The position numbers and the translations under genes were made by a program. This document shows positions 27,209-39,481 of a DNA stretch of 64,000 nucleotides, in pieces (the stretch's first letter is position 1; every line of letters starts with the position of its first letter). This stretch comes from Haliotis rufescens. Taxonomy: Eukaryota. The notes beneath the pieces were generated by a model. The model was not told the origin of the DNA and made no database searches. It was given only the letters and a program-made list of their open reading frames with translations. The DNA lies in NCBI RefSeq assembly GCF_023055435.1, contig NW_025964223.1, positions 27,900,001-27,964,000 on the forward strand, written 5' to 3'.

Positions 27209-29708
27209 TTACCTGTCCTCGGACATACGAACTGGGGGGATGTTTAGAATCTCACGAAGGGGAGGTAATTCCGACCACCTCTGTGGAACAAGCATTGCGT
27301 CCAAGTTCACATGATTGGCAGGACCAGCAGTTTTAGAAGCATCATGCTGTGCTTCATCTCTGGATATCTGAGAAGGATCTCGGGTTCGGGTGGCCCATGT
27401 TGTGCTCGTGGTTCTGTCTGAGCAGAAACACACAATAATCCGAAATACTGCATGTTGGTTTGGGGTCTGACGCATCTCTGACGAACCACAGGGACGTTGC
27501 TCGTTTAAGAAATACAAACTGCAATGTACAAATTGTATCAATCACTGGACTTTGTCACTGTACGTGAATATAGATTTCGATCAACAGATATGTGCCGTAG
27601 ATGAAGGCCATTCTGGTCACTTTGTCGACTAGTCAGGACAAAGGACACTGAAAGTAACTCATCATAGCTGTCAACACATCTGTGAAGGTTCTAAGTTACC
27701 TTCGTCAGCTTTTTCTTTTTGACGCAGTAGAGAACAACCAAGAAGATTATCCCAAGGAAGCAAATTCCCACAACAGCAATCACAGCAATCGTACCGGGCT
27801 GCATACTTGAGTCTTAAAGTACAAAAGCTTCATGCATATGTGTACTAAATAGCTTCATAGTTACACAGGAGGCTTACCTAGATTGTGTGTGATCACTGCT
27901 CGAATAGGGAGATCCTTTCAATACATTCATTTATACATCTGGTTAGCGATAACTGTCCTCAATGACGTGCAACGCCCGTTACAAACTGTTGTGAATAAAT
28001 AATGGTCCAACGTTCTTCACTCTCTGAACTTGTCTCTGCCCAATTGTCATCGAAATAGAATCAAAATATAATTTCTGTTACATTTTGTGCAACCTTTAAA
28101 CATCTTGATTCACCGTTAACCCGTTTGGGGAGATAACTAACAAGGGCTATGCACATAAGCCAGGGAAGCAACTCGTGGCGTCATAGCTGCACCGAAATGG
28201 AATTAACCGATTATCAAAATTATGTTACAGTATGCACAAAATACACATTAAAGTAAATACCTCCTGGAGTGTTTCTTGATGCATAAGCTGGTGCTGAGGC
28301 CATGAGTGACCTAGATATCAACATGTAACGCGTTGTTGTTGGAGTTGCCTGTGTTGTCACGGTTGGACACGCATGCGCTCTCTTTGGTTGCGATACAGCC
28401 GATAAACCTAGAAACATTATCGGGACGAATCGGGGTTCGACCCACGATCAAAGGTTTCGGGCGTGCCCAAGGGACGCAACTCCTGCACAACGAATTGCTG
28501 TGCCTTAGACGACCGGGACATCCATGCTCCCACCAATATACATTGACTGTAAGAATGAGGGCATGTGGTTACGTACAGTGTTGACATCGTTCTTCCAATT
28601 CATAGCATTGTGGTATAATGTATTGACCACTGACCATTGCTTTTCGGCCTTTTGGCAATGGCTTTCTCTTTATGTTGTGGTCACAGGTGCCCCTGTCGCC
28701 TAAGTGGTTTGATTCCTATGACGGGGTCTTCAAATACAAGGTTCGACCTGATAATGGTTCCTGATTTGTCGGCACCATACCTGTGCTCATGGGTTTCTAT
28801 TGATATAAAGCTGACACGCCGTGATATAACGGAGATACTCCCCACTGAATCAGTTTCCCATATTTTCAGTATGGTGTTCTTGATGAGATTTACATTTATT
28901 AACTTTTCCTTTTCAATTCAACCCTACGTATCGTACCATAGGCCGACCACGACAACAGTTGAATAGTACCCCAGTTACAAACAGAGACATGTGCAGGGCG
29001 TTGAAAAGGTGATCAAAATGTGACACTGCTTGTGTCTATTACCAACTCACCAGGTATGCAGTAGTAGTTCATAAGCATGTAACTAGTTTGTGTCAAGTGA
29101 GTAAGGAAGTCACATGGCCACCCTGCAGTGACCCTGTCAACTCTAAGCATACAGTCAGTTCTTCCAGTACAGTTGGTGTAAAACCCCAGGCCTTTGCTTG
29201 TCCGTGCAATTCAAACTGACAGTCGTCTTTTGCGTGTGTGCAACACTTTGTGCGGTTCCTGTTTAAGTCTGTTGATTCGCTGGGGCAGTTGATAGATTTA
29301 TTTTTAGAGCCAGCATAGAAATCTTTAAGAGCGATTATCTCCCCTGGTTGGCACTCCGGTTACAGAAAATCAAAATCTGAGGACCCTGTCCCAAAACAGC
29401 CCGAAGATTGCTTTGGTGTCCATAGGAGTGGATCTGCAGGGACAGATAGCAAGGGGAAGTTATCACTAGATGTGTTAAATAAATGTGTAATTCGACAATG
29501 TATATTGCCAAAACGTGACCACAAGACAAAGGTCCTTGATGCCGTGTATACATGCAGCACAATTGTGAATACTGTACGGTTATTATATGGTTACATTGTA
29601 TCATCAAATGTTTCTCTTAATTACATCTCGTAGGAAGGACATTGTTAAATACTCACTTGTCCTTGGACTGATCCACATGAGCAGTAGAACCCGTATTGCG
29701 CTGACCAT
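27209..29708 (-). pseudogene. Pseudogene of the SUEL-like/mucin/TM receptor family; signal exon 29708-29657, Cys-rich exon 29433-29051, stalk remnant ~28390-28261, TM exon 27812-27700, tail exon from ~27417
   Basis: Signal exon MVSAIRVLLLMWISPRT, then ...SGCFGTG...FL*PEC...INCP...KCCTHAKDDC (frameshift near 29190) FYTNCTGRTDC...YMLMNYYCIP. TM exon reads TIAVIAVVGICFLGIIFLVVLYCVKKKK. There is an in-frame TAA at 29360-29362 and no recognisable CUB exon. Confidence 0.8.
28397..28532 (-). mobile_element. 5' part of tRNA-derived SINE (family D) inserted in the pseudogene
   Basis: Aligns by eye with 49670-49802 and with the reverse complement of 40201-40330. Confidence 0.7.
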
Positions 29709-31360
29709 CTTCCTGTATGTTCTTATCCACATGTGATCACTGAAAGTCCAGCTTTTAATGTAATACATATTTGAAAACTCCAAACTAAAACCCTTCTTAT
29801 TACTTCGATAGTGTCAGTGTTATTTATAATCTTAATACCATTGATCAATGGAAGTCTCCCTGTCTCCAGCCTGACTGGGTGTCTGTGGCACGACATTGCG
29901 TGTTGATTATAAACCTCTCTCTTTGTTTGCAGACTTGTCTTGAATTTACAAGCATTGTTATCATTAATTTTAATCTGACTCCCAGAACCTCAGAGCTCAG
30001 AAGCAGATATTATGTTCTGCCGTTGGGTTAGAATTGAATGTATTTATTAGGTTGTTTTACAGGTATAGGCCTAGGTACACGTTTGAAGGTCGGTTCGCCA
30101 TGACTGTGTCTCTAAATGTGTGCCATATCCGTGATCACATTGGACTTTCAACCCGAACCAAGCCCACACGCTATGAAGTATTGTTAAAAGGCAATACATT
30201 CAACTCGATCACACATAATCTGAGACATGTTCATTTGTAAGCAAATGGCCTCTCCTATAGTGACATTAGTGTCTCGGACAGAGATATGTTTGTTCGCCTC
30301 ATAATCAGTTCTATAATGTGGAATATAACGCCTTTTCTTTCCTGGACCCTACAGAGATGATGCGTGTGAGTGAGTGAGTGAGATATGATGAACACCACTT
30401 TTAACCGTATGTTAGGCAGCTTAATATGGAAGTGTATTCCAGATGTCAAACATTCACCACTTGTTGAAAACCACGGACACTGATATGATGGAGACAAAAC
30501 GAAGAATCTTAATCAGGGCGCACGCGGTATCGGATGACACGCATGAGTATGCACCTGTCAGTATCAGACCAGTACGTATGTGCTTATTGATATACTGTGT
30601 GTAATGGGGTCTCCATCGAGATGTATACAATTATTAGTCCAGAGATATTAAAGTCATATTAGTCAGCAATCAATCGTTTTAGCAATACCCTTAACTATTA
30701 GTGTATAATGAGTTTCTGATAGCTGGGAAAACGAATATCGATGTTTTCCTCACAAATAATTAGTTACTTTATTGACCACTTCCCTGCAATACTTCAATGG
30801 TGTTCCGTTGGCGAGTGACGCAGCATACACAGTTCTATCATACTCGGATTATTGATAATTTCATTGGTAATTGGAACGAAAATAAATTTAAAGTTTATCG
30901 CAACCATTGAGGTGTCATTCAAATAATATGGTATTGTGTTTTTTTCCAAAGGTAATATATATGGTTACGTACTAGTTTTAAATCTAGTCCTTTGTCGACA
31001 TGTGTTATATAGTCTATATTTATGCATTATTAATGTATAATTTTTCTCTCGTCACGATATGGCTGAAATATTGCCGAATATTAGTAGATTGAGTATCAGC
31101 TCCAAACTCATGACGAATGAAAAGCAATACAGTCAATAGGATTTTGTTTGTTTTTTGTTTAACACAATAGTCCAGCTGTATGACGGCTGTCCGGAAGTCA
31201 GTGACTGAATCCGTTCAAAACAAACCTGTGACATAATGTCCAAACAAACTGTTACTTTGGCAGTCACCCGAGTATATTTCCTCAAGTTTATTGATAGAGC
31301 ACTTTGGTAGATGTTTGATGGTCTTTTCACTGCCAGTGACCACATGTAAAAATCGATGAA

Positions 31361-31361
<1 letters not shown>

Positions 31362-31425
<64 letters not shown>
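31362..31425. repeat. (GT)n microsatellite
   Basis: Visible in the sequence. Confidence 0.97.
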
Positions 31426-31431
<6 letters not shown>

Positions 31432-31487
31432 TTCTGTTTACATTTATATATTGTTTGATAGGCATTACTTAGAAGTAGGCGGATGAC

Positions 31488-31662
31488 AAAGTGGACACAA
31501 TTAATGTATAGCAACTTCTTTAATTACTGTAAAGCGACGTTTGGGTATAGATCCTTATACCATTGTCAAGCAGGGCTTACTTAACAACGGTATAAGGATC
31601 TATATTGAAACGTCGCCTTTACAGTAACTAAAGAAGTTCCTAGCCATTAATTGTGTCTACTT
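31488..31662. repeat. ~175-bp near-perfect palindrome; each arm carries a mutated hammerhead-like core (probable Penelope-like terminal repeat)
   Basis: The arm AAAGTGGACACAATTAATG...TTGTCAAG is complementary to CTTAACAA...ATTAATTGTGTCTACTTT. The same element and its left flank recur at 41024-41190. Confidence 0.85.
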
Positions 31663-33601
31663 TGTACGCTTATATAGTTTATTTGTTGTGTTTACATATT
31701 GTTGTTGACAATCCAGGTTTTTATGAACTGAACATGAAAACGGGGTTCGGATACAATATCTATTTGTGTGATGGAAGTATGTGATAAATCTAGTTTTGAG
31801 GTAATGAAGTCCCGGTCTGGTGGTACCTCCACTTTACAGAAAAAGAATGTTGATGAGTGCGATATTTTCGAAGTGCAATAGGGATATTGGTTACAGCAAC
31901 ATAAGACATCATACACTCATTGTTCACATTCGAGGGTATCGTGATCACACGTTAGACGCGTGAATGGGGAGTTGGACAATAAACTGTTTGCTGTAAAGGG
32001 GGCAGCGGCACGCACATTTATATGAAAGCAAGGTACTCACCGTTTATCAACATTTAATCAGTTCAAATCACCTGGACGCCCTCTTCCGTCAACCACTACC
32101 GACACTGACAGAAGTACTATTGTAAAAATATTACTTTTCACGGTGATGCGGCCGTCAAATCGGCTGTTTCAATCAGAGGGGGTTTATTGCGATTTGATAC
32201 TTCTGGTCGACCAAATGAAAGTATTTTCCAAATTTATCTTAGAATAATCTTCATATTTGAGTCTTGCATTAGTTGTACAGACCCGTGTCAAATCCATGTA
32301 GCTGGGGTCATTTCATGACTACATCTAGGCGCCAATAAGACATCTAGAAAAGACATGTTTTACCATGCTGCATTAACCACATCAAAGAATTCCTGCCTTG
32401 CATCAGATATTATTTGGACGCAACATAGTTTAAGGTGCTGGGGAGTAAATCAGAAAATGTGAAATATTCGAGGACCAATCGTCGTTAATTCGCAGCTGCA
32501 CGTACATTGCCAAAACTCTTCACAATTACGGAATAGCAAATTGGAACTCTAATATGAGTCGTTGAGTGAGTAGATGTTGTAACAGTTGATTTTTATATAT
32601 AATATGAAATACAGATCCAACTATTTCTTTGATCTTCTGATCGGATGAATGGGGTGTCATTGTGATTCCTTAACCCAGTGCAAAAGTCATCATGATACTT
32701 CATGTTGTTTGAAATACATCCATTGTAACAACTCACACTGCACTTGATGCTATTAAAGGATAACTCGTCAGAAAGGTTAACTTTTAAAAACATGATTTAT
32801 TTGTAGCTCATTTTTATGTTACAAGGTCATTCAAAATTGAAACGCATCGGTTAACCAAGGAATCGGTTCGTACACAGTGTCGTGTCTAATCAGTAATTAA
32901 CTACACACATAAATAGTTAACCAGTTGTAATCAAACACACAGTTTTAGGTTTACATTCAGAAAAGACAAAACATTGGGTCATATACGTGGGAGCAGCAAT
33001 TAATAACTGGCCCTGTAATAAATGTCACTGCACTCACGATCCGGAACCGCCAGGGACAGATAAATACCACCCCCATTTGGCATGTACACAAGTCGCAAGT
33101 CCGGTGCACGTTCGGTGTAGTCAAGGCACTAGATATTGTACGACTGCTTCATTCATTTGCTGCCACTAACAGTTATCACTGCCTTCAACAACATGTACTG
33201 CCACTAACAGTTATCACTGCCTTCAACAACATGTACTGCCACATGAGAATGATCATGTTTTATCTCACTCTATTTTGGTTACAGATGCCTCATTATGTGT
33301 TTGCATTAATTTTGTCAGCCGATCACCTGAGCCTTAGACTTTTATATCCATATAATATATGTTATGAAAAGATTTGTGTTATAAGTCGAAATAAGTTCAT
33401 ATAAACGAGAAACATATTCCATCAAGTAATGACCATAGATAGGGTTGAACCGGAACATCTTTAGGCGGAAACCAGCACCAAACAACAGTTCACCTGACAC
33501 GACTAAGTCCATATGTACACGTAGCGTTGTCACACGACAAATGCTTGCAGGCATGTTGCCTTCATGATTGTCTTTTTCTTTGTCGTCACTGCAGAGTTAC
33601 A

Positions 33602-36600
33602 CTATTTCCCTCGAGGTTCGAGATGCCAAACGTCTGTCTTTACTGCGCCATTTTTGGACAACTGCGTCGCTGCTTTGTTAACAGTGTATGCTGAACGGAC
33701 AGTGTGCCACATTTTAGGTACTGTGTCCACAGAAGGAGCCGCCGGAGAGTCATGTGAAGGGTCATCATCCAGCGGCTCAAGGCGCCTGGGGCGACGGACT
33801 AGTGCAGTTGTTGCAGGGGCTACTGGGGGTACTTCTGTACTCATCAGGGGAATAACCTCCCCCTGCAACACATGACAATAATCTCGGAATAAGCGACACA
33901 TTAAGTAAACAAAAGGATGCTTATGTCTTTTACAAAATGCCAAAGGCGTCTCTAAATGTTTGTTGAAACACTGTTGAAAAGTACCATATACCGTTCATAA
34001 ATATTCATGAAACGCAGTATGGTCCCAAATAGTCTAGGAAATACCTGTGTTTTTCTGAACTTCCTCTTAATAACGTATCCAGCTATGACAGCAAGAACCA
34101 ATACGACCAGTACTACTGCCACTGGTATCTGCCAAGAATCTGAAGAAGAAATGTAGGATCGTTTTGAATGTACATGTCATTATTGTTTTTCAATAAGACG
34201 AAAATAATAGAATATTACCAAACATGAGTACCGTTAGTCAGGGTCGACCTTTTTATCTCAGGGACTCCTGTATTTGAATTTAATATTTCTGTATAACCCG
34301 GAGATTGCATATCGTTAGGGTGTTTTGTTTATATATCTGGGGATAGTCCTGTAGGTCCAGGAGTGCTTGTACCCTGGGGTGGTTCTGTGGGGGTATTTGA
34401 TCCTGTAGACCCAGGAGTGCTTGTACCCTGGGGTGGTTCTGTGGGGGTATTTGATCCTGTAGGTCCAGGAGTGCTTGTACCCTGGGGTGGTTCTGTGGGG
34501 GTATTTGATCCTGTAGGTCCAGGAGTGCTTGTACCCTGGGGTGGTTCTGTGGGGGTATTTGATCCTGTAGGTCCAGGAGTGCTTGTACCCTGGGATGGTT
34601 CTGCTGATGTCCCTGTGGATCTGGGGTCGACGGTGGTTACTCGTTTATCGTTTTCACAGACAGAGTTAACATTATTAGAGTAGATGGAACCAGCAACGTC
34701 TTCGTCATAGGAACCAGAGCGAGTAGTGCCAGCTGTGCATGCTTCACCAGACGAAGCTTCTTCGGAATTGCAACTGATATTGATCACGTCACCGTTTGAA
34801 CCTTGAATACAATAAGAAGAGAATTAATTAAATAATTAATATTAGAGATCTATGACGAATCATTGTGTACTTCACAGGTATACATGGGTATTTCATGTAT
34901 AATAGCTATTTCTAAATATAGGAGGAAGATATTCTAGGGAGGGTGGTGTAAAAAAATGTTTTGGGGTTGGTAGGTTTTAATGGAGAAAATCTGTTCCAGA
35001 CAATAATGAAAAAAACCCCACCAAAATATTGCCCCAAGTGATACAACAAAATTACAGTTGACTGAAGTAGAGAAATATATTACATGCCTTGACGCTATGA
35101 CTGAAATCACCTTTGATTTGTACCCATAACCATGTTCCCTTAGTCATGTTAGATAGTGTTATCTGGACGGAGGAATTCTCGCTGGTGTAGGTGACTCCAG
35201 TGAAGTTATTCCCGGGACATAGCAATGTCTGAGAGTTGTTCCCATCAGTTATTTCCAGATTGGTGTGTGATCCGTTGGAATAGAAATGGATGCTTTCTAT
35301 GATGATTGATGTGTCACAGGGTGCTGCTACTCTACATGAAACATCGTTCCTGGAGGTCGTGTTCTCTTCGCTTTTAATAAATACTGTCGTATGACTTGCT
35401 GTCTGGTTAGACGTAGGATCCAGTATATACGTTTCTGAAAAACAGGAACATAATACGAGTCGGAAATTAGTAAAAATAATCAATGTAGTTATTAACATGT
35501 GATTTCGTCTTGATGAAGTATGTTTATGTCTGTACTACTACACATTCCATCCAAACTTCAGGAAATTGCGAGTGCTAAGCTACTTTTGTTATTCCTTATT
35601 TGGCACATGCATACTGCACACGCTTCATGTAAGGTGTTAGCATCACCATATGGCTCCTAATAATCGTGGATTATTCGTGGCACAGTCAGCGAACTCCAGC
35701 AATGACAGGTGTATCAGCAATGACAGACTAAATAATGAAACAAAGTAAAATTTACTTTACGAGTAATCTTACCCAGGACACAGGAGAAATCCATGACCAT
35801 GTATGTCGTGAAGGCCATGTAACCAGCGTCCACATACGTCATGTTTACTCCCTGGCGGGTCACTGGCCTCATGCACCTTGACTTCCCTACACACGCAGAT
35901 AGGTATTCAGAGAGAGATATTCCCTTATAAAGAGACTTGTAGTCGTTTGCATCGTACGTGCAACACTTCCCACGATCATAATCAGCTCCAAATGCTGCCA
36001 GGGCACACCCAAGATTTGCTTTCTTTGCAAATGCGTAAATATGTTCGATTACAATAACTTTAGGACTATCGCATGAAGGTGTAAAGAAATCCGATTCATC
36101 TGACCCATCACCATAGCAACCCACTAATTCATTTGTGAAGGATTCTGAAAATTAAAAAAAATGAAACAATATATTTTACTTTAGTTATCACTGAATGAGC
36201 GTGTTTAAGGTATATTACACGATCTGGGTAAAACGAAATACGTATAAATTACCCAAACCCGATTGATATGAGAATATATCAGTTTTGCACATGTTATCAA
36301 TAATACTGATCAGTTTGTCAACTAAACTAAACATACAATACTGTTACCGCCTATAGTTGTGGAGTAATACACTGGACCAATAGACACTTCCACAGAGTAC
36401 ATAAACAGCAACATACTCTGTCAAGTAAATAAGTTTGGCAGTGGAATAGAGTTGGTCCACAGCATTCTATAGCTATACTGGACGTACGAGGCAGTATAAT
36501 GGAGCAGGTGGTCAGGTTAGGTGACCCGATGATGTGAGTCGATGCACGCAACATCAATCATTGGATGATCATTACTGAGTGCGGTGTTAAACGCATAGCG

Positions 36601-38046
36601 TCTGGTTTAACGTCGCTTTGAACAGTATTTCGGTAATACCAATGAGGGTCAGCATGATGACGAGAGGTAGCTGAACATTTCTGAGCCTATCTGTGATGGA
36701 CTGTGTTGATAGAGTTGGTTGCTAATTATGTCATATCATATTATATATATTATTCTTTATAATTCCATCCGAGGTCTGCCAACGACACTGATAAATGTCT
36801 GGATCCAACTGGTATGACGACCTCCTCTTGGTGGTGTAAAACGTCATCCACAGCTGAAATTACGTCATGATTATTTGCATATTGCTTGTCAGATATTCAT
36901 TTCTTCAAGCCTTGATATTCTCCCGCAGTTGGAAAAGCAGCTTAACAGGATATTTGCCATTAATGATTTGACCTTTAGGGAGGTAGGATTCCTTTGAGAG
37001 CCCAGAAAAAAAGAAGCCATAACTTTGTCAGCTGATGGAACAGACTTTTCGTGAGTCGTCTGTCATCCATAATCATATCACGTATTTTAGCAACATTTTC
37101 GTTAATGGTGGCAGGTGAATGTCTTCCCATCTTCCCGACGCAAGGGAGTTAACTGACTTTTATAGTCCAGTTTCCACCCTTGCCGAACTAGGCTGCAATT
37201 ATGGAGTTATATTTTGGCTGGACTAACGAGTCGATGCATAGTCCAGTCGAAATCGCGCAACGAAATCCACATCCGGTTGGTAAACTGCCGTGCAGATTTC
37301 GGTCGACTGCAGGATTTGGAAAGCATGTGCTTCGCCAACTGAGCGTCGTCAGATATTTTCAAAATATTCTCATGTTTTTAATCAAGGTGGTCACGTGATT
37401 TGATGCACTTTGCTAAGTAAGGCCCGTTTTATTACAAAATAAATCTTGATTATGTATCGGATTGATCGCCATTTCGATTGAAACAAAAGCAAGTAATATG
37501 GGAGGTGGAATCTAACTGGTCAATAGGAGGGACATATAAGGGACATAACTCGTAATAGCCACTGATGACGCTACTATCGAACCCAGATATTCCGGCCTAG
37601 TTCGGCAAGTGTGGAAACTGGACTTTTCTAGTCAGTCAACTCCCTTGCCTCGGGAAGATGATGTCTTCCTGGCCCTTCACTTCCCATCTTCCCTTCTCAG
37701 TTTTGTTCAACATAGAATACCTAATCCTTTTTATGACTGCAGAGATATTCAGTCTGGTGGTGTATTTGGTTCAAATGCAGCATGTTAGTTGCGTAATTAT
37801 TGTACTTAGACGTGCACACTGATGATGAAATACTATATACCATTCGTATTCAGGCTCATGACTTTTCAGCCACTCTGCATATATCCCTCGAGCTCGCAAC
37901 ATCCTGCAGTTACTGTATTTACACAAGATCAAGGAATTATGCTTGTATTCGTGACAAATTCTGAGGAACGGTATTATACAGGCCTATGTATACTTACCCT
38001 GAAAGCAGATGAACATGGCCAGAAATGTGGCGGTACGTCCGTTCAT
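33602..38046 (-). CDS. Uncharacterised SUEL-like + CUB-like + mucin-stalk type-I membrane protein (paralogue 2) with an in-frame TAA before the TM exon; exons 38046-37998, 36144-35773, 35434-35111, 34801-34232, 34139-34045, 33862-33602
   Basis: Signal exon MNGRTATFLAMFICFQ (donor CAGG|GTAAGT). Cys-rich exon GCYG...SC...GC...KCC...ACVGKSRC...YMVMDFSC. A beta-rich CUB-like exon ending GTWLWVQIK, then a PTS repeat stalk, TM IPVAVVLVVLVLAVIAGYVI-KRKFRK and an 86-aa last exon. All phases are compatible; TAA at 34331-34329. Confidence 0.75.
34348..34605 (-). repeat. Exonic 54-bp tandem repeat (18-aa STPGPTGSNTPTEPPQGT), ~4.5 copies
   Basis: Visible in the DNA and in ORF 34329-34787. Confidence 0.93.
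37128..37660. mobile_element. Non-autonomous DNA transposon (MITE) with ~65-bp TIRs and a 9-bp TSD (Mutator-like)
   Basis: TIRs CATCTTCCCGACGCAAGGGAGTTAACTGAC... and ...GTCAGTCAACTCCCTTGCCTCGGGAAGATG. ATGTCTTCC occurs at 37119-37127 and 37661-37669. Confidence 0.85.
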
Positions 38047-38390
38047 TTTCAGAAGTATGTCGTACGGACCATGGGTCAGATAGCCGGTCGGGGTTGAGGA
38101 GGAATGTCAAGACTTCCTGATTTTCAGAACCTGCGAATACGTGTCAGCTGTGAAAAGACATTATATACTAGATGGTTACCTCTGTAGGTTGTCACACTCG
38201 AGTCGCCATTGCAGAAAGCGCTCAACAGCTATGTTTATGCGTGTAGGAATACAACAGTTGGCAGTAGTGCAAGATTGAAATGATATGGGACATTTGTGCT
38301 ACAAACATAAAGGACCGCCGAGTTATTATGTTTCATTACAGGTTGAGACTAAACCCAGTGCGTGTGTCCTGTGAGGCACGCATGCCCATA

Positions 38391-38598
38391 ACAGTGTGGT
38401 GTCAGTTTGCAGACTGTCCGTCATTCAGCGCATTGAACAGAGCCTGGATATACTGGTAACTCTCTACCTTTGCCTCGGCACGTGTTAGATAATGCCGATG
38501 ACAGTGTGGTGTCAGTTTGCAGACTGTCCGTCATTCAGCGCATTGAACAGGGCCGGGGTATACTGGTAACTCGCTACCTTTGCCTCAGCACGTGTTAG
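38391..38598. repeat. Two-copy 110-bp direct repeat upstream of paralogue 2
   Basis: ACAGTGTGGTGTCAGTTTGC...CACGTGTTAG at 38391 and 38501. Confidence 0.9.
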
Positions 38599-39481
38599 GA
38601 TAATAAAACAAAAATGCCATGGGTATTATCTAACTTAGACACTGTGAACGCCGTGGACGCCGTGGCAGTAGTTACCAAAGTTTTAATAAGTATCGGATGA
38701 AAGCAATAATAAAAACTTATATCCTTGATTAGTAATTAGACAGAACGAACGTTATATAGACGTTTATCTCTGTCGGATAGTTTGTTACAATAACCGATTT
38801 AATCTTAAAATTATATATTTTCCTTGTATAAAAAAATATTGGGAAAACACAACACGTAGTACACTACAATAACATGCACCTTGTCTTTCTATCACATATA
38901 CATGTTGTCGACATACATATAATAAAAGCATGTTTAGAAACCAATAGCAGCGTTATCAAAACCCACCAAATACAACCAGAGATGCAGCACACAAAATGTT
39001 GTCGATTGTTAAAGCAATTATCCTTTTAATGAGTCTCAAATTGTGAATGTAAACGACTGCTTCACATTGTGTCCATTTGGGGTCCCTTGTGGTGTTCTAA
39101 CTCGTCAGTAGAAACAAACAATTGGTGGAAGTTCCTGATATGTGGACCCTGATCTGGGGTAAGACCGACGGCGTCTTGGTGAGTCACGTGTTGCTTGCCT
39201 CTCTGCGGGATAGCGCTAATTCCACAGCAACGTCCTGACGTCATGTTACATATGATCTTATGCTTACATGCCTCAAGTGGGCAAGGGAGATAACTCACCA
39301 AATCACTTGCCTCCTATTTTCCATGTAGCTGCCAACCCAAGGGTTCTAATCAGTTGTTCAACTCCGTTGGTCATCATCAATACACTATTTCAAAACAAAC
39401 CTGTATATTTCTCTTGATTAACAACAGGCAATAATTGATGTTTGATTCTTTATTAACCTATTTGCATCCAGAGTTTCACGA

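Noticed and set aside
36348-36414. Alternative first coding exon (MLLFMYSVEV...) for paralogue 2
   Set aside because: Phase-compatible but a poor signal peptide with a weaker donor than 38046-37998; cannot be fully excluded without transcripts.
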